Origin: an uncultured virus (IMG/VR IMGVR_UViG_3300046030_000062)
Taxonomy: Duplodnaviria > Heunggongvirae > Uroviricota > Caudoviricetes
Direction: 5' to 3' (one strand)
DNA length: 36,017 bases
Virus record (IMG/VR): IMGVR_UViG_3300046030_000062
The notes under the pieces are model-generated. The model was not told the origin of the DNA. It worked only from the letters and a program-made list of their open reading frames with translations, and ran no database searches. Of the stretch, positions 35,901 to 36,017 are shown piece by piece (position 1 is the stretch's first letter; each line of letters opens with the position of its first letter). A program made the position numbers and the translations under genes.

Positions 35901-36017
35901 GCCAGCGACAATTTCACAAGCTATCGATATCCAACAGAAGCGCCAAGAAGCGGAATGATGGTAGCCGATGGCAAAGTAACGTTCGGTGAAAAGAAGGACA
36001 GCGATTCTAAAAAGTAG
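32922..36017 (+). CDS. hsdR: Type I R-M restriction subunit
   Basis: DL.LFINGLP.ITIELK nuclease motif, HSAGSGKS, IIDEAH, FTATP, TGFDEP, QTLSRLNR; GAGGAGG RBS before ATG 32922. Confidence 0.96.
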   Translation: MAFTDKTEKGFETIIVNWLVDQNGYEQGTNDDYNKEYAVDETRLFRFLNDTQPREMAKLGVNNSDQKKRQFLNRLSGEIAKRGIIDVLRNGVKAYPADLIMFYFTPTENNEKSKQMFEKNIFSVTRQLRYSIDASKLALDLCLFINGLPVITIELKNHFTGQTTADAVEQYKEDRDPRDTLFSFKRCMVHFAVDDQTIMFCTKLAGKDSWFLPFNKGYNDGTGNPPNPDGIMTDYLWKDILTKWKLSRIIENYAQVVVDEDPDTKKKTVKQIWPRYHQLDCVEKLLADVKQNGVGKRYLIQHSAGSGKSNSIAWLAHQLIGLEQDGHPMIDSVIVVTDRRILDKQIRDTIKQFMQVKNTVVWAQHSGDLKKAIQDGKRIIITTVEKFPYISQEIGQEHINNHFAIIIDEAHSGQSGRNSANMNLALSGMASDNEMDNEDKINAIVEGRKLVKTASYFAFTATPKNKTEEVFGTPYEEDGEIKHRPFHVYTMKQAIQEGFILDVLKNYTAIDSWYKIAKKVEDDPMFDKKRAQKKLRSFVEGNPDVIAKKAAMMVDHFHEQIIAKKKLNGKSRAMVVTASIPRCIETYYAINKCLADRHSPYKAIIAFSGECKYNGQEPALTSAGLNGFPDAKIPKEFKKDPYRLLVVADMFQTGFDEPLLQTMYVDKPLYDIAAVQTLSRLNRAAPGKDEVYVLDFANKTSTIQDAFSKFYRTTILSGETDPNKLYDLITLMESYQVYDNDDVEHVVDLFLGGAERDRLDPLLDPCVATYNGLETDDQIKFKSAAKSFVRTYGFLGSILPYGNVDWEKLSIFLNLLIPKLPSPREDDLSEGILSTIDLDSYRNEAQEAVAIKLEDEDAEIAPVPAGKVGHIVEPELDPLSKIIMDFNDMFGNIQWNDADNVQRQILQIPAMVSRDEKYQNAMKNSDEQEARTESERALQKVIFSIMADNMELFKQFQDNPSFKKWLTNMVFNMTYNKEGKPYEAPDDLDSPKVASDNFTSYRYPTEAPRSGMMVADGKVTFGEKKDSDSKK

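Overview
About 25 kb of the window (1-25432, all minus strand) is the early, replication, packaging, head and tail part of an apparently intact HK97-like siphoviral prophage of the type found in Bacillota and related anaerobes. Its order is sigma-like regulator, DUF2800, DUF2815 SSB, PolA, primase-DUF3987, VRR-NUC, SNF2, RinA-like regulator, HNH, terS, ParB-MTase, a small-gene island, terL, portal, ClpP, capsid, head-tail genes, major tail protein, chaperones and the start of the tape measure gene. The lysis and integrase genes would lie beyond base 1. A divergent plus-strand operon occupies the position where a repressor module is expected. It encodes an NBR1-Ig-like domain protein, an excisionase-type HTH protein and a type I R-M system (hsdM-hsdS-hsdR). 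hsdS is truncated near its 3' end by a complete 2710-bp IS66 element with an 8-bp target duplication. Non-coding signals read directly from the sequence include two different pairs of repeated bipartite promoter-like motifs, RinA-type repeats, a candidate iteron origin, operator-like repeats, a structured leader before the sigma gene and a -1 frameshift site in the tail chaperone. Other observations are an unannotated 23-aa peptide gene between terL and portal, an amber-interrupted HNH-AP2 gene and a probable AUU start codon. Family assignments come from motif recognition and synteny only; no searches were run.
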